Positions 18,093-28,401 of a DNA stretch of 64,000 nt are shown here, one piece after another. Each line of letters begins with the position of its first letter. Position 1 is the first letter of the stretch. The notes below the pieces were generated by a model. That model was not told the origin of the DNA. It was given only the letters and a program-made list of their open reading frames with translations, and searched no databases. The translations under genes were made by a program, and so were the position numbers. The stretch spans positions 13,027 to 77,026 of the forward strand of contig JBGPCZ010000004.1 in assembly GCA_041482015.1 (NCBI GenBank), in the 5' to 3' direction. This DNA is from Planctomycetota bacterium. Its GTDB lineage: Bacteria; Planctomycetota; MHYJ01; JACPRB01.

Positions 18093-19136
18093 ATGATGAC
18101 AAGCCTGCTGCTCGCGATCGCGATTCTCGGCGCCGCCCAGGAGAAGGCGGATCCGCTCCCCGTTCGCGGGTTGCACGTGGGCGCCCCGGCGAAGAAGGAC
18201 GTCGACGCCTTTGCCGCGTTCGTCCGCGACGCGCTGGCGAAGGAGGGCGTGAACACGCTCATCGTGGAATTCGATTTCTCCTTCAACTTCACCTCACGCC
18301 CCGAGTTCGCGAACCCGGGCGCGCCGGGAAGGGACGACGTGGCGAAGCTCGCAAAGGCGTGCCGCGAGTCGGGGATCGCGCTCATCCCACAGATCAACTG
18401 CCTCGGACACCAATCGTGGGCAAAGCGGAATGGCGCATTCCTCTCGAAGCACCCGGAGTTCGACGAGACTCCCGGGAAGTTCCCGGAAAACAAGGACATC
18501 TATTGCCGCAGTTACTGCCCGCTCCATCCGCAAATACACGAGGTTCTCTTCCCGCTCGTCGACGAGCTTGCCGCGGCCTGCGAGGCAAAGGCGTTTCACG
18601 TCGGGATGGACGAGGTCTTCATCGTCGCCGACAAGGACTGTCCGCGCTGCGGCGGGAAGGACGCGGCGGAGGTCTTCGCGGGCGAGGTGACGTTCCTTCG
18701 CGATCATTTGAAACAAACGGGCCTCCGGATGTGGATGTGGGGCGACCGCCTCATCGACGGGAAGGCGACGGGGATCGGGAAGTGGGAGGCGAGCGAGAAC
18801 GGGACGGCGGCGGCGGTCGACAAGGTGCCGAAGGACATCGTGATCTGCGACTGGCACTACGAGAAGGCGCACGAGACGCCGCGCTTCTTCGCGGAGAAGG
18901 GCTTCGACGTCGTGGCGTGCCCGTGGCGGAAGGAGCCGGTGGCGCTCGGCCAGCTCGCGCACATGCGGTCGCTCAAGGGGACGGGCCACGCGCTCGGCGT
19001 CGTCCAGACCACGTGGTCCGGATTTGCGCCGTTCCGCGACGACTATGCCGCGGACGACCCGAAAGCGACGGGGAACCCGGCCGAGGCCACGCGTTGTTTC
19101 CGGGCGCTCTTCAAGGCGCTGCGCGAGGGGAGGTGA
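18093..19136 (+). CDS. Glycoside hydrolase family 20-like (beta-N-acetylhexosaminidase-type TIM barrel), secreted
   Basis: Signal peptide, GLHVG, NCLGHQ, and the catalytic-type motif HVGMDEV (H-x-G-x-D-E). Confidence 0.55.
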   Translation: MMTSLLLAIAILGAAQEKADPLPVRGLHVGAPAKKDVDAFAAFVRDALAKEGVNTLIVEFDFSFNFTSRPEFANPGAPGRDDVAKLAKACRESGIALIPQINCLGHQSWAKRNGAFLSKHPEFDETPGKFPENKDIYCRSYCPLHPQIHEVLFPLVDELAAACEAKAFHVGMDEVFIVADKDCPRCGGKDAAEVFAGEVTFLRDHLKQTGLRMWMWGDRLIDGKATGIGKWEASENGTAAAVDKVPKDIVICDWHYEKAHETPRFFAEKGFDVVACPWRKEPVALGQLAHMRSLKGTGHALGVVQTTWSGFAPFRDDYAADDPKATGNPAEATRCFRALFKALREGR

Positions 19137-19383
19137 CAGTCAACGCCGGACGGGCCGGAAGGGGGGCGTCGCGGGGAACGCGGCACCGGCGCGCGCGTGG
19201 AGCCAGCGGAGGGCCCACATCCGGTGGCTGCACGGGAGCGCGACCTTCACGGTCTTCGCCGGATGGTCCGGGGCGCGACGCCAGTCTTTCTTCATGGGGA
19301 TCGGAGAATCATGGGACCCGCGGGGTTACGCGGATAGCCCTGGCTCCAACCCTTCAACGCGTCGGGGCGGGCGTGGATTCCCT

Positions 19384-19995
19384 TCAATCCGCCGCGACGT
19401 AGTCCTTCCAGAGGGTGTCGAGGTCCTTCCCCGTCCACTCCTTGAAGAGGTCGTCCGCGTACTTCCCGCCGCGCATCGCGGCGTTCAGCTTCTTCACGAT
19501 CTCCTTGTCGTGCTTCTCGACGAGCCACGCGAAGAACGACGCCGTCGTCCGGTAGCTGTCCTTGTAGCTCCCCTTCCGCTTCTCCTTCGGGGTAATCGCC
19601 TTCTTCTCGTATTGGAAGTAGCGGATGTAGTCGGCGATCCCGTCGGTCACCCAGCCGGGGCCGCCGTTCTTGTAGCCCTGCACCACGTGGACGAGCTCGT
19701 GGATCACCATCCCCGTGTCCTCGGGATGCTTCTTCACCCAGTCGGCCGCGATGCGGATCTTCGCGCCCGACGTCGCCGCCACGCCCTTCTTGTCCTTCTC
19801 GAAGATGAGCGAGGCCTCGCGGGGCGGCGTGAAGCCGGGCGTCGCGAGGTACTCCGACATCTTCGGATACCACTCCTCGCAGAGCGCCTTCGCCTTGTCG
19901 GCCCATTCCTGGAGCTCCGGCACCTGCGAGACGTCGACCTCGATCTTCACCTTGTCCTGCGGGACGAGGAGGAACGCCAGCAGCAACGGCTTCAT
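19384..19995 (-). CDS. Basic secretory protein-like zinc peptidase (peptidase of plants and bacteria family)
   Basis: HExxH motif (VIHELVHVVQ) followed by WVTDGIADYIRY. Start overlaps the tdh stop. Confidence 0.65.
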   Translation of the reverse strand: MKPLLLAFLLVPQDKVKIEVDVSQVPELQEWADKAKALCEEWYPKMSEYLATPGFTPPREASLIFEKDKKGVAATSGAKIRIAADWVKKHPEDTGMVIHELVHVVQGYKNGGPGWVTDGIADYIRYFQYEKKAITPKEKRKGSYKDSYRTTASFFAWLVEKHDKEIVKKLNAAMRGGKYADDLFKEWTGKDLDTLWKDYVAAD

Positions 19996-21041
19996 GAGAG
20001 CGACTCCGAAGGGAACATCACGATCTTACCGCAGACGTGGTCCGGGGACGTCAGCGTTTCGAACGCCTCCTCGAAGCGCGAAAGCCCGTACCGGTGCGTG
20101 ACGACGCGCGCGGGGTCGAGCCGGCCGCTTTCGAGCAGCCGCTCCATCGTGCGCCACGTCTCGAACATGTGGCGGCCGACGATCCCCAGGATCCGCCGGC
20201 CCTTCATGATGATCTCGTTCGCGAGGTCGATCTCGGCCGGCTGCTTCGGGAGGCCGAACGCGACGAACGTGCCGCCCTTCCGGAGCGAGCGGATCGCGTG
20301 GGTGATCGCCGCCGGGCTGCCCGACATGTCGAACGCGACGTCGAGCCCGTGGCCGCCCGCCGCCACCGCCAGCCGCGCCGCGACGTCCGGGTCCGCCCCT
20401 TCGAAGAGCTCGTCCGCGCCGAGCCGGCCGGCCATCGCAAGTCGCGTCCGGTTGACGTCGACCGCGTAGACACTCGACGCGCCCATCGCCTTCGCGGCCG
20501 CGACGGTGAAGAGCCCCGTCGGCCCGCAGCCGAAGACCGCCACGGCCTTGTTCTCCACGCCCGCCTCGCTCACCGCGTGGACGGCGTTCCCCATCGGCTC
20601 GAGGACCGTCGCCACCTCGGCCGTCGTCCCCGGCAGGTTCTTCCACGCGCAGATCGCGGGGATCGCGACGTACTCCGCGAACGCCCCCGGCCGGTGGACG
20701 CCCAGGATCTCGAGGTTGTCGCAGATGTGCATGAGGTCGTGCTCGCACTGGTAGCAACGGCCGCACGGGACGTGGCTCTCGACCGAGACGCCGTCGCCGG
20801 CGCGGAACCCTCGGACGTTCCGCCCGGCCTCCACGACCTCGCCCGCGAGCTCGTGGCCGAAGACGAGCGGCGGCCGGACCGTCCGCTCCGCCCACGCGTT
20901 CCACGAGTAGATGTGGAGGTCGGTGCCGCAGATGGACGCGGCCCGCACCTTGAGGAGCAGGTCGTCCGGCCCGCAGCGGGGCAGGTCCACGTCCCGGAGC
21001 GCGGCGCCGCGCGCCGCCGAGGTCTTCATGAGCGCTCTCAT
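19992..21041 (-). CDS. tdh: L-threonine 3-dehydrogenase
   Basis: Collinear with E. coli Tdh as recalled: ICGTDLHIY.WN.W, GHE, CG.C..C, FGCGPTG, GR.MFETW. Confidence 0.8.
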   Translation of the reverse strand: MRALMKTSAARGAALRDVDLPRCGPDDLLLKVRAASICGTDLHIYSWNAWAERTVRPPLVFGHELAGEVVEAGRNVRGFRAGDGVSVESHVPCGRCYQCEHDLMHICDNLEILGVHRPGAFAEYVAIPAICAWKNLPGTTAEVATVLEPMGNAVHAVSEAGVENKAVAVFGCGPTGLFTVAAAKAMGASSVYAVDVNRTRLAMAGRLGADELFEGADPDVAARLAVAAGGHGLDVAFDMSGSPAAITHAIRSLRKGGTFVAFGLPKQPAEIDLANEIIMKGRRILGIVGRHMFETWRTMERLLESGRLDPARVVTHRYGLSRFEEAFETLTSPDHVCGKIVMFPSESLS

Positions 21042-21044
21042 CCG

Positions 21045-22526
21045 TCAGTTCCCCTTGAAGGCCGCCCTTACCCGCTCCGCGTCCGCGCCGGGGAGCCGCC
21101 GCAGGAGCTCCTCGCCCGCCGGCTCCTCCCCGCACGCCAGGTGGTAGAAGGCCGCAAGCGCCATGGCGCCCGGGTCCTCTTTTTTCGCCAGGGCGGCGGC
21201 GAGGTCGCGCCGGTCCCCGAGCTTGAAGTTCGCCCAGAGATAGTCGATCGTGCTTCCGTTGGACTCCAGCTTCATTGCGCCCGCCTCGTCGAGCGACGCG
21301 ATCGCCGCAAGCTGATCGATCAGCTTGAAGTGGAACCGCGCGGGATGTCCCTCGTGGATCTCCTTCCGGACGCGCTCCGCGAGAAGCTCGTCCCACGCGG
21401 CGAGCGCCTTCGGGTCGGCCGCCTTCGCGCGGGGTTTCTCGCCGGTCGCCAGCGCCGGCGCGGCGGGCTTCGGCTCCTCCGCCGGGACGGCCTTCTTCCT
21501 GGGCGGCGGGCGGAACGCGCCGGGCTTCTGCATCATGATGATGCAGGCGAAGACGGCGGTCGAGGCAACGTCGTCCTCGCCGCGGAGCGGCACGACGCCC
21601 TCGGCGGTCTGCGTCTTGATGAGGCGGTCGAGGTGCTCGGCCGTGAACTTCGCATAGACGTCGGGCCCCAGGCGGTGCATCGCCGCGGCCACGCTGAAGT
21701 AGTGGAGCGGCGCGAAGCCGTGGACACCGTCCTCGATCTTCTTGTACCGCTGCTCGATCCCCTTTTCGTACTTCGGAAAGAGCGGATGGCTGGTCTGGCC
21801 GGTCGCGAGGAGCGCCATGAGGACCCACGACGCGCGGGCCATCGCGGCATCGCCCACGCCGTTGTCGGTGCCGTAGCGGACGCCCATGCCGTCGGAGAGC
21901 GTCTCGAGGTTCTTCTGGGCCTTCTCCATCATGGGCCCGATCCTGATCCCGAGGGACTTGAGCTCAAGGAAGGCGCCGTAGATCATCGTGGTGACCATCC
22001 CGAGGTCCTGGCCGCCGCCCTTCTTGTTGTAGTTGTCCTCCTTCCACATCCGGAGGTGGTGGCACCAGCCGCCCGTCTCCTCCTGCTGCTTCTCGGCCAT
22101 CTTGAGCCCTTCCGCGAGCGCCTTTTCGACCTCGGGGGTCAGGCCGTACTTCGTCGCGTATTCCGCGAGGAAGATCATGGACATCGAGAGGTACCAGTTG
22201 CGGTTGAAGCCCTCGTCCTTGATCGCCTGGCAGCAGTACTTGACGCACTCCTCGAGCTCCTTCGGGCTCTCGCCGTCCATCATGAAGGCGAAGCCGCCCA
22301 TCATGTAGCCGCCCATCTTGGAGCCGATGACCCGCTTGGCCTTGTCGCTCCGAAGGTTGGCCTTCAGGTAGGCCATCGCCTTGGCGAGGGCCGGGGCGCA
22401 GATCTTGCACTTGCGCCAATCCGGATTGTGGGCTTCCTGCGCCGCCCGGGATTCCCGGGGGATACTGCCGACCGTCACCGTCGCGGCGAGAACCGCCGCG
22501 CACGCCATCCCGCTCCACCTGGACAC
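21045..22526 (-). CDS. Secreted hypothetical protein, possibly prenyltransferase/squalene-oxidase-like alpha/alpha toroid plus a C-terminal helical domain
   Basis: 493-aa ORF with normal composition. GTG start at 22526 preceded by AGGAGG. Signal peptide. GGW.HH-type repeats. The product name is tentative. Confidence 0.6.
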   Translation of the reverse strand: MSRWSGMACAAVLAATVTVGSIPRESRAAQEAHNPDWRKCKICAPALAKAMAYLKANLRSDKAKRVIGSKMGGYMMGGFAFMMDGESPKELEECVKYCCQAIKDEGFNRNWYLSMSMIFLAEYATKYGLTPEVEKALAEGLKMAEKQQEETGGWCHHLRMWKEDNYNKKGGGQDLGMVTTMIYGAFLELKSLGIRIGPMMEKAQKNLETLSDGMGVRYGTDNGVGDAAMARASWVLMALLATGQTSHPLFPKYEKGIEQRYKKIEDGVHGFAPLHYFSVAAAMHRLGPDVYAKFTAEHLDRLIKTQTAEGVVPLRGEDDVASTAVFACIIMMQKPGAFRPPPRKKAVPAEEPKPAAPALATGEKPRAKAADPKALAAWDELLAERVRKEIHEGHPARFHFKLIDQLAAIASLDEAGAMKLESNGSTIDYLWANFKLGDRRDLAAALAKKEDPGAMALAAFYHLACGEEPAGEELLRRLPGADAERVRAAFKGN

Positions 22527-22588
22527 GCGATCCTCCTTTCACAGGGACGCCCGCGTCGTATCCTGTACGAGGCGGACGGTCCGCTGTT

Positions 22589-22597
22589 TGATATAAT
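22589..22597 (+). promoter_or_regulatory. Extended -10 promoter element for the XRE/cupin gene
   Basis: TGATATAAT (TG-n-TATAAT) 28 nt upstream of ATG 22625, in an AT-rich patch of the divergent spacer. Confidence 0.4.
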
Positions 22598-22624
22598 GGA
22601 CGTCATCCAGTATAGAGGACACCG

Positions 22625-23203
22625 ATGAAGCGCCGGAACGTACAGTCGAAGGCCAACCCGTTCTGCGAGCAGGTGCGGAAGCTGCGGGCGCAGAAGGGCT
22701 GGTCGCTCGAGCAGCTGGCCGCCGCCTCGGGGGTGAGCCGCTCGATGCTCTCGCAGATCGAGCGGGACCGGGTGAACCCGACGGTCGCGGTGGCGCAGCG
22801 GATCGCGGCGGCGTTCGAGGTCTCGCTCGGGAGCCTGGTAGACGGCCCGAACTACGCGCCGGCGATCGACGTGATCCGCGCGTCCGACCGCGCCACCCAC
22901 TTCCGGTCGCAGAGCGACTGCGAGATCCGGACGCTCTCGCCGCTCCACCTCGAGAAGGAGGTGGAGTTCTACGAGCTCCGGTTCCGCCCGGGCGTGTCTC
23001 TCCGGAGCGCCCCCCACTTCGCCGGGACGCGGGAGATCCTGACGGTGGTCCAGGGCTCGCTGCGCGTGACGTCGGGGAAGGACGTGAGCGACCTCGGCCC
23101 GGGCGACTCGGCCCACTACCGGGCCGACGTCCCGCACGCGATCGAGAACAGGGGCCGCGGCGTGGCGATCGCGTTCCTCGTCGACCTCTACGGCGGGCGG
23201 TGA
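22625..23203 (+). CDS. XRE-family HTH transcriptional regulator with C-terminal cupin domain
   Basis: HTH_3 motif LRAQKGWSLEQLAAASGVSRSMLSQIERDRVNPT. Cupin beta-barrel with the GDSAHY..DVPH motif. Confidence 0.85.
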   Translation: MKRRNVQSKANPFCEQVRKLRAQKGWSLEQLAAASGVSRSMLSQIERDRVNPTVAVAQRIAAAFEVSLGSLVDGPNYAPAIDVIRASDRATHFRSQSDCEIRTLSPLHLEKEVEFYELRFRPGVSLRSAPHFAGTREILTVVQGSLRVTSGKDVSDLGPGDSAHYRADVPHAIENRGRGVAIAFLVDLYGGR

Positions 23204-23248
23204 CCCAACTGTTAAGTGAGACATCCGATCTCTCACTTAACAGTTTGG
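23204..23248. repeat. AT-rich palindromic element, copy 2
   Basis: CCCAACTGTTAAGTGAGA-CATCCGATC-TCTCACTTAACAGTTTGG directly after the TGA at 23201. 15-bp perfect stem. The loop ATCCGATCT is shared with copy 1. Confidence 0.75.
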
Positions 23249-23306
23249 ACGGTTATGGGTGCGCGAGCACTAGGACGCCAGCCCCCACGGCACCGTCCAA
23301 TAACCT

Positions 23307-23777
23307 ATGGACTGGCTACCACGCGCGTTCGCCCTGCTCCTCGTCGTCACCTTGGGCATCCTTGCCGTCGATGTATTTTGGACCACCATCACCTTCGAGA
23401 AGGAGTGCTTACGATGCACTTGGAAAGAGGCTCACCCCGGCAAATCCTTTCCAGGTTGCGGAGGCAGGGGATTCAGCTTCAATCGCCTTTGTCCCACTTG
23501 CGGGGAAAAATGGGGAGATAAGGAGCTGAGCTGGAGCTGGTTGCCGTGGGACGACACCCGGCGCCTCCTGCGAATCTTCCTCCTGGCGGCCGCGCCCGCG
23601 TTTCTGAGCGCCGCCCGCATTGCCCGTTGCCCGAACTGCAGCGGTCAGCCCTACCTGCGACCCCTGAGGGAGGCCCTTCCATCGGCTCCCTGCCGCCGGT
23701 GCGGGGGCCGCGGTCGCGTCACCCTCCTGAACCAGTGGTTCGTCCTGCGCCGCTCCAAGGCGACGGCCCGATCCTGA
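23307..23777 (+). CDS. Hypothetical membrane protein with several CxxC zinc-ribbon-like motifs
   Basis: N-terminal TM helix. CLRC, CPTC, CPNC and CRRCGGRG (DnaJ-type CxxCxGxG). Codon usage clearly less GC3-biased than the flanking genes. Confidence 0.5.
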   Translation: MDWLPRAFALLLVVTLGILAVDVFWTTITFEKECLRCTWKEAHPGKSFPGCGGRGFSFNRLCPTCGEKWGDKELSWSWLPWDDTRRLLRIFLLAAAPAFLSAARIARCPNCSGQPYLRPLREALPSAPCRRCGGRGRVTLLNQWFVLRRSKATARS

Positions 23778-23837
23778 ACGTCGCGGTCTCTTCCATTATG
23801 GTCGTAGCATTGCGGCCGGCCTGATGTATTAGAAGGC

Positions 23838-26317
23838 ATGCGGGCCTTGCTTCTCTTCCTATCCCTCGCGGGCGCCGCGCCGACGCAGGAGCAGCCGGCG
23901 AAGATAGACTTCGACCGCCAGGTCCGCCCCATCCTCTCGGACAACTGCTATCACTGCCACGGGCCCGACGGGAAGCAGCGCAAAGCCGACCTGCGGCTTG
24001 ACACGAAAGAGGGCGCGTTCGGCAAACTGGGCGACGTCTTCCCCTTCGTCCCCGGCAAGCCCGGCGAGAGCGAGGCGATCAGGCGCATCACGTCCAAAGA
24101 CCACGACGAGATGATGCCGCCGCCGAAGTCGAACCGGAAACTCACGCCGCTGCAGATCGCAACCCTCAAACGGTGGGTCGAGGAGGGCGCCCCATGGAAA
24201 GGCCACTGGGCGTTCACCGCTCCCGAGCGGCCCGTGCTTCCGAAGATCAGGAACGCGAGGAATCCGGTCGACGCCTTCATCCTCGCACGACTGGAACAGG
24301 AAGGCCTCGCGCCCTCCCCCGGGGCCGACAAGGTCACGCTCCTCCGGCGCGTCTCGCTCGACCTGACCGGCCTGCCGCCCACGCCCGCCGAGGTCGACGC
24401 GTTCCTCGCCGACGCCGCGCCCGACGCCTACGAAAAGCAGGTCGACCGCCTTTTGAATTCGCCCCGCTACGGCGAGCACCTCGCCTGGCCGTGGCTCTCG
24501 GCCGCGCGCTACTCCGACACGAACGGCTACCAGGGGGACGGGACGCGGACGATGTGGCCGTGGCGCGACTGGGTGATCGACGCATTCAATCGCAACATGC
24601 CCTTCGACCAGTTCACCCTCGAGCAGCTCGCGGGCGACCTCCTCCCGAACCCCACGGTGCCGCAGAGGGTCGCCACCGGCTTCAACCGGAACCACATGCT
24701 CAACGGCGAGGGCGGCCGGATCGCCGAGGAGTCGCGCGTCGACTACGTGGCCGATCGCGTGGAGACGACCGGCACCGTCTGGCTCGGGCTCACGATCGGC
24801 TGCGCCCGCTGCCACGACCACAAGTACGACCCGTTCACCCAGAAGGAGTTCTACCAGCTCTTCGCGTTCTACAACAACCTGCCCGAATCGGGCGGCGTCG
24901 ACAAGCGGTCGAGCGCGAACCCCGTGATGGAATTGCCCACGGCCGACCAGGCGGAAAAGATCGCGGCGCAGAAGCAGAAGCTCGCCGAGGTCGAGGCCCG
25001 GTCGAAAGATCACGAGCAGAAGCTGCGGGCCGAGCAGCCGAAGTGGGAGGAGGAGGCGGCGAAGACCGCCGACAAGCTCCCCAAGAACATCGCCGAGATC
25101 CTCAAGACCGCCGAGACCCAGCGCGACGAGAAGAAGGCGCGGGAGCTGACCGACTACTACCTCGGCCTCGACGCCGGGCGGAAGAAGCTCATCGACGAGC
25201 AGGACAAGGCGAAGAAGGCGGTCAAGGCGGCCGAGGACGCGGTCACGCTCGTCATGGTGATGGAGGAGCGGCCCAAGCCGCGCGAGACGTTCCTCCTCGT
25301 CCGCGGCGCGTATGACAAGTTCGGCGACAAGGTCACGGCGAACGTCCCGGCGAGCCTCCCCCCGCTCCCCAAGGACGCGCCCCCCAACCGGCTGGCGCTC
25401 GCCCGCTGGATCGTCGATCCCGCGAACCCGCTCACCGCGCGCGTGACGGTCAACCGCTTCTGGCAGCAGTTCTTCGGCGCGGGGATCGTCCGGACGATCG
25501 AGGACTTCGGCACGCAGGGCCAGCGGCCGACCCACCCCGAGCTTCTCGACTGGCTGGCCACCGAGTTCATCCGCACGGGCTGGGACGTGAAGGCCCTGGT
25601 GAAGCTGCTGGTGACGAGCGCGACGTATCGCCAAACCTCGAAGGTCACGCCCGGGCTCCTCGAGAAGGATCCCGAAAACCGGCTCCTCGCTCGCGCCCCG
25701 CGGTACCGCCTCTCGTCGGCCGCGATCCGCGACCAGGCGCTCTCCGCGGCGGGCCTGCTCGTCGAGAAGGTCGGCGGCCCGGGCGTGAAGACCTACCAGC
25801 CCGCCGGGATCTGGGAGGAGATGACGTTCAACATCATCCGGTTCCAGCAGGACAAGGGCGAGGCGCTCTGGCGGCGCAGCCTCTACGTCTTCTGGCGCCG
25901 CACGGTCGGCCCGGCCAACCTGTTCGACTCGATGCCGCGCCAGGTCTGCACGGTCCGTGCGTCGCGCACCAACACGCCGCTCCACGCGCTCACGCTGCTG
26001 AACGACGTGACCTACGTCGAGGCGGCCCGCGCGCTCGGCCAGCGGATGATGAAGGAGGGCGGCGGGACCCCGAAGGAGCGGATCACCCTCGCCTTCCGTC
26101 TCGCGGCCGCGCGGACGCCGACGGACCGGGAGCTCGAGATCCTCGCGCGGCGCTACGACGCGCTCCTCGAGCGGTATTCAAAGGACAAGGAGGCGGCGCT
26201 CAAACTGCTCAAGGCGGGCGAGTCGAAACGCGACGAGTCGCTCGATCCCGTCCAGCACGCGGCCTGCGCGGCGATCGCGAGCGTCATCCTTAACCTCGAC
26301 GAAGTGATCACCAAGGA

Positions 26318-26321
<4 letters not shown>
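23838..26321 (+). CDS. PSCyt1/PSCyt2/PSD1 protein (DUF1549/DUF1553, planctomycete cytochrome C domain)
   Basis: [20 protein letters not shown]-terminal heme-like motif. [30 protein letters not shown] is the DUF1553 hallmark. Confidence 0.9.
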
Positions 26322-27772
<1,451 letters not shown>

Positions 27773-27782
27773 TCCCCCGCGA

Positions 27783-28331
27783 TCACCGGGAGAAGGTGAT
27801 CGTTGTCCGGGGCAGCAGGCTCACCAGCTCCGCCGCCTTCTCCCGCGATTCCTCCCGAAGCTGCTCGAAGCTGAGCTTCTCGAGCTTGTTCAGCTCCTTC
27901 AGCTGCGCGACACACTCCGACGTGATCGGGATGCGGCAGAGGCAGAGGTCGCGCAGGAGCGGCATTTTCTTCAAGAGGGCGAGGCCGTCGGCCGTGACTT
28001 TCGTGCGGAACAGCACGAGGTTCCGGAGCGTGGGGATCGCCACCACGTGCTCCAGCCCCTTGTCCGTGATCACGGACGAATTCAGATGGAGGGTCTCCAG
28101 CTTGGGAAGCGCCTTGAGATGCTCGAGGCCGGCGTCGGTGATCTTGTCGCTGAGGAGGTCGAGCGTCTTGAGCTCGGGGTAGATCTTCAACGCCGCCAGG
28201 TCCGCATCAGTGGCGTTCGAGTGGCAGCCGAAACGGACCTCGGTGACCGGTTTCTCCTTCGGGGAGTCCTGCGCCGGGGATGCGGATGCGGAGACGAGCA
28301 GGGTGAGCAGGGTTAGGCGGGTCGTACACAT
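27783..28331 (-). CDS. Leucine-rich repeat protein, secreted
   Basis: Repeats of ..L..L..L.L....ITD.GL..L (KTLDLLSDKITDAGLEHLKALPKLETLHLNSSVITDKGLEHV). Confidence 0.8.
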   Translation of the reverse strand: MCTTRLTLLTLLVSASASPAQDSPKEKPVTEVRFGCHSNATDADLAALKIYPELKTLDLLSDKITDAGLEHLKALPKLETLHLNSSVITDKGLEHVVAIPTLRNLVLFRTKVTADGLALLKKMPLLRDLCLCRIPITSECVAQLKELNKLEKLSFEQLREESREKAAELVSLLPRTTITFSR

Positions 28332-28401
28332 CGGGGTCCTCCTTCAGCCTACCCACTCCTTACCCGGAGGCCGAGATCCGGGTAGCATAATTAATGCGGC
28401 C

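Noticed and set aside
15628-18102. 824-aa minus-strand ORF spanning the Gfo/Idh/MocA 3' end, the sulfatase and the YHS-like gene
   Set aside because: It is a shadow frame. The sulfatase signature (CTPTR) is in another minus frame, and the plus-strand genes have RBSs and a terminator.
19140-19295. 51-codon minus-strand ORF (MKKDWRRAPDHPAKTVKV...) in the 247-nt convergent gap
   Set aside because: It has no RBS, is Arg/Pro/Ala-rich in its second half and has no motif. It is probably non-coding spacer.
20037-22628. 863-aa plus ORF (and 20026..21828 minus, 28210..30771 plus, 46130..48370 minus, 23859..25985 minus, 9268..10914 minus, 31750..34272 plus, 8..1099 and 1178..2878 plus)
   Set aside because: All are low-complexity R/P/G/A/D/E-rich shadow frames. 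Each overlaps an ORF in another frame that carries recognisable family motifs.
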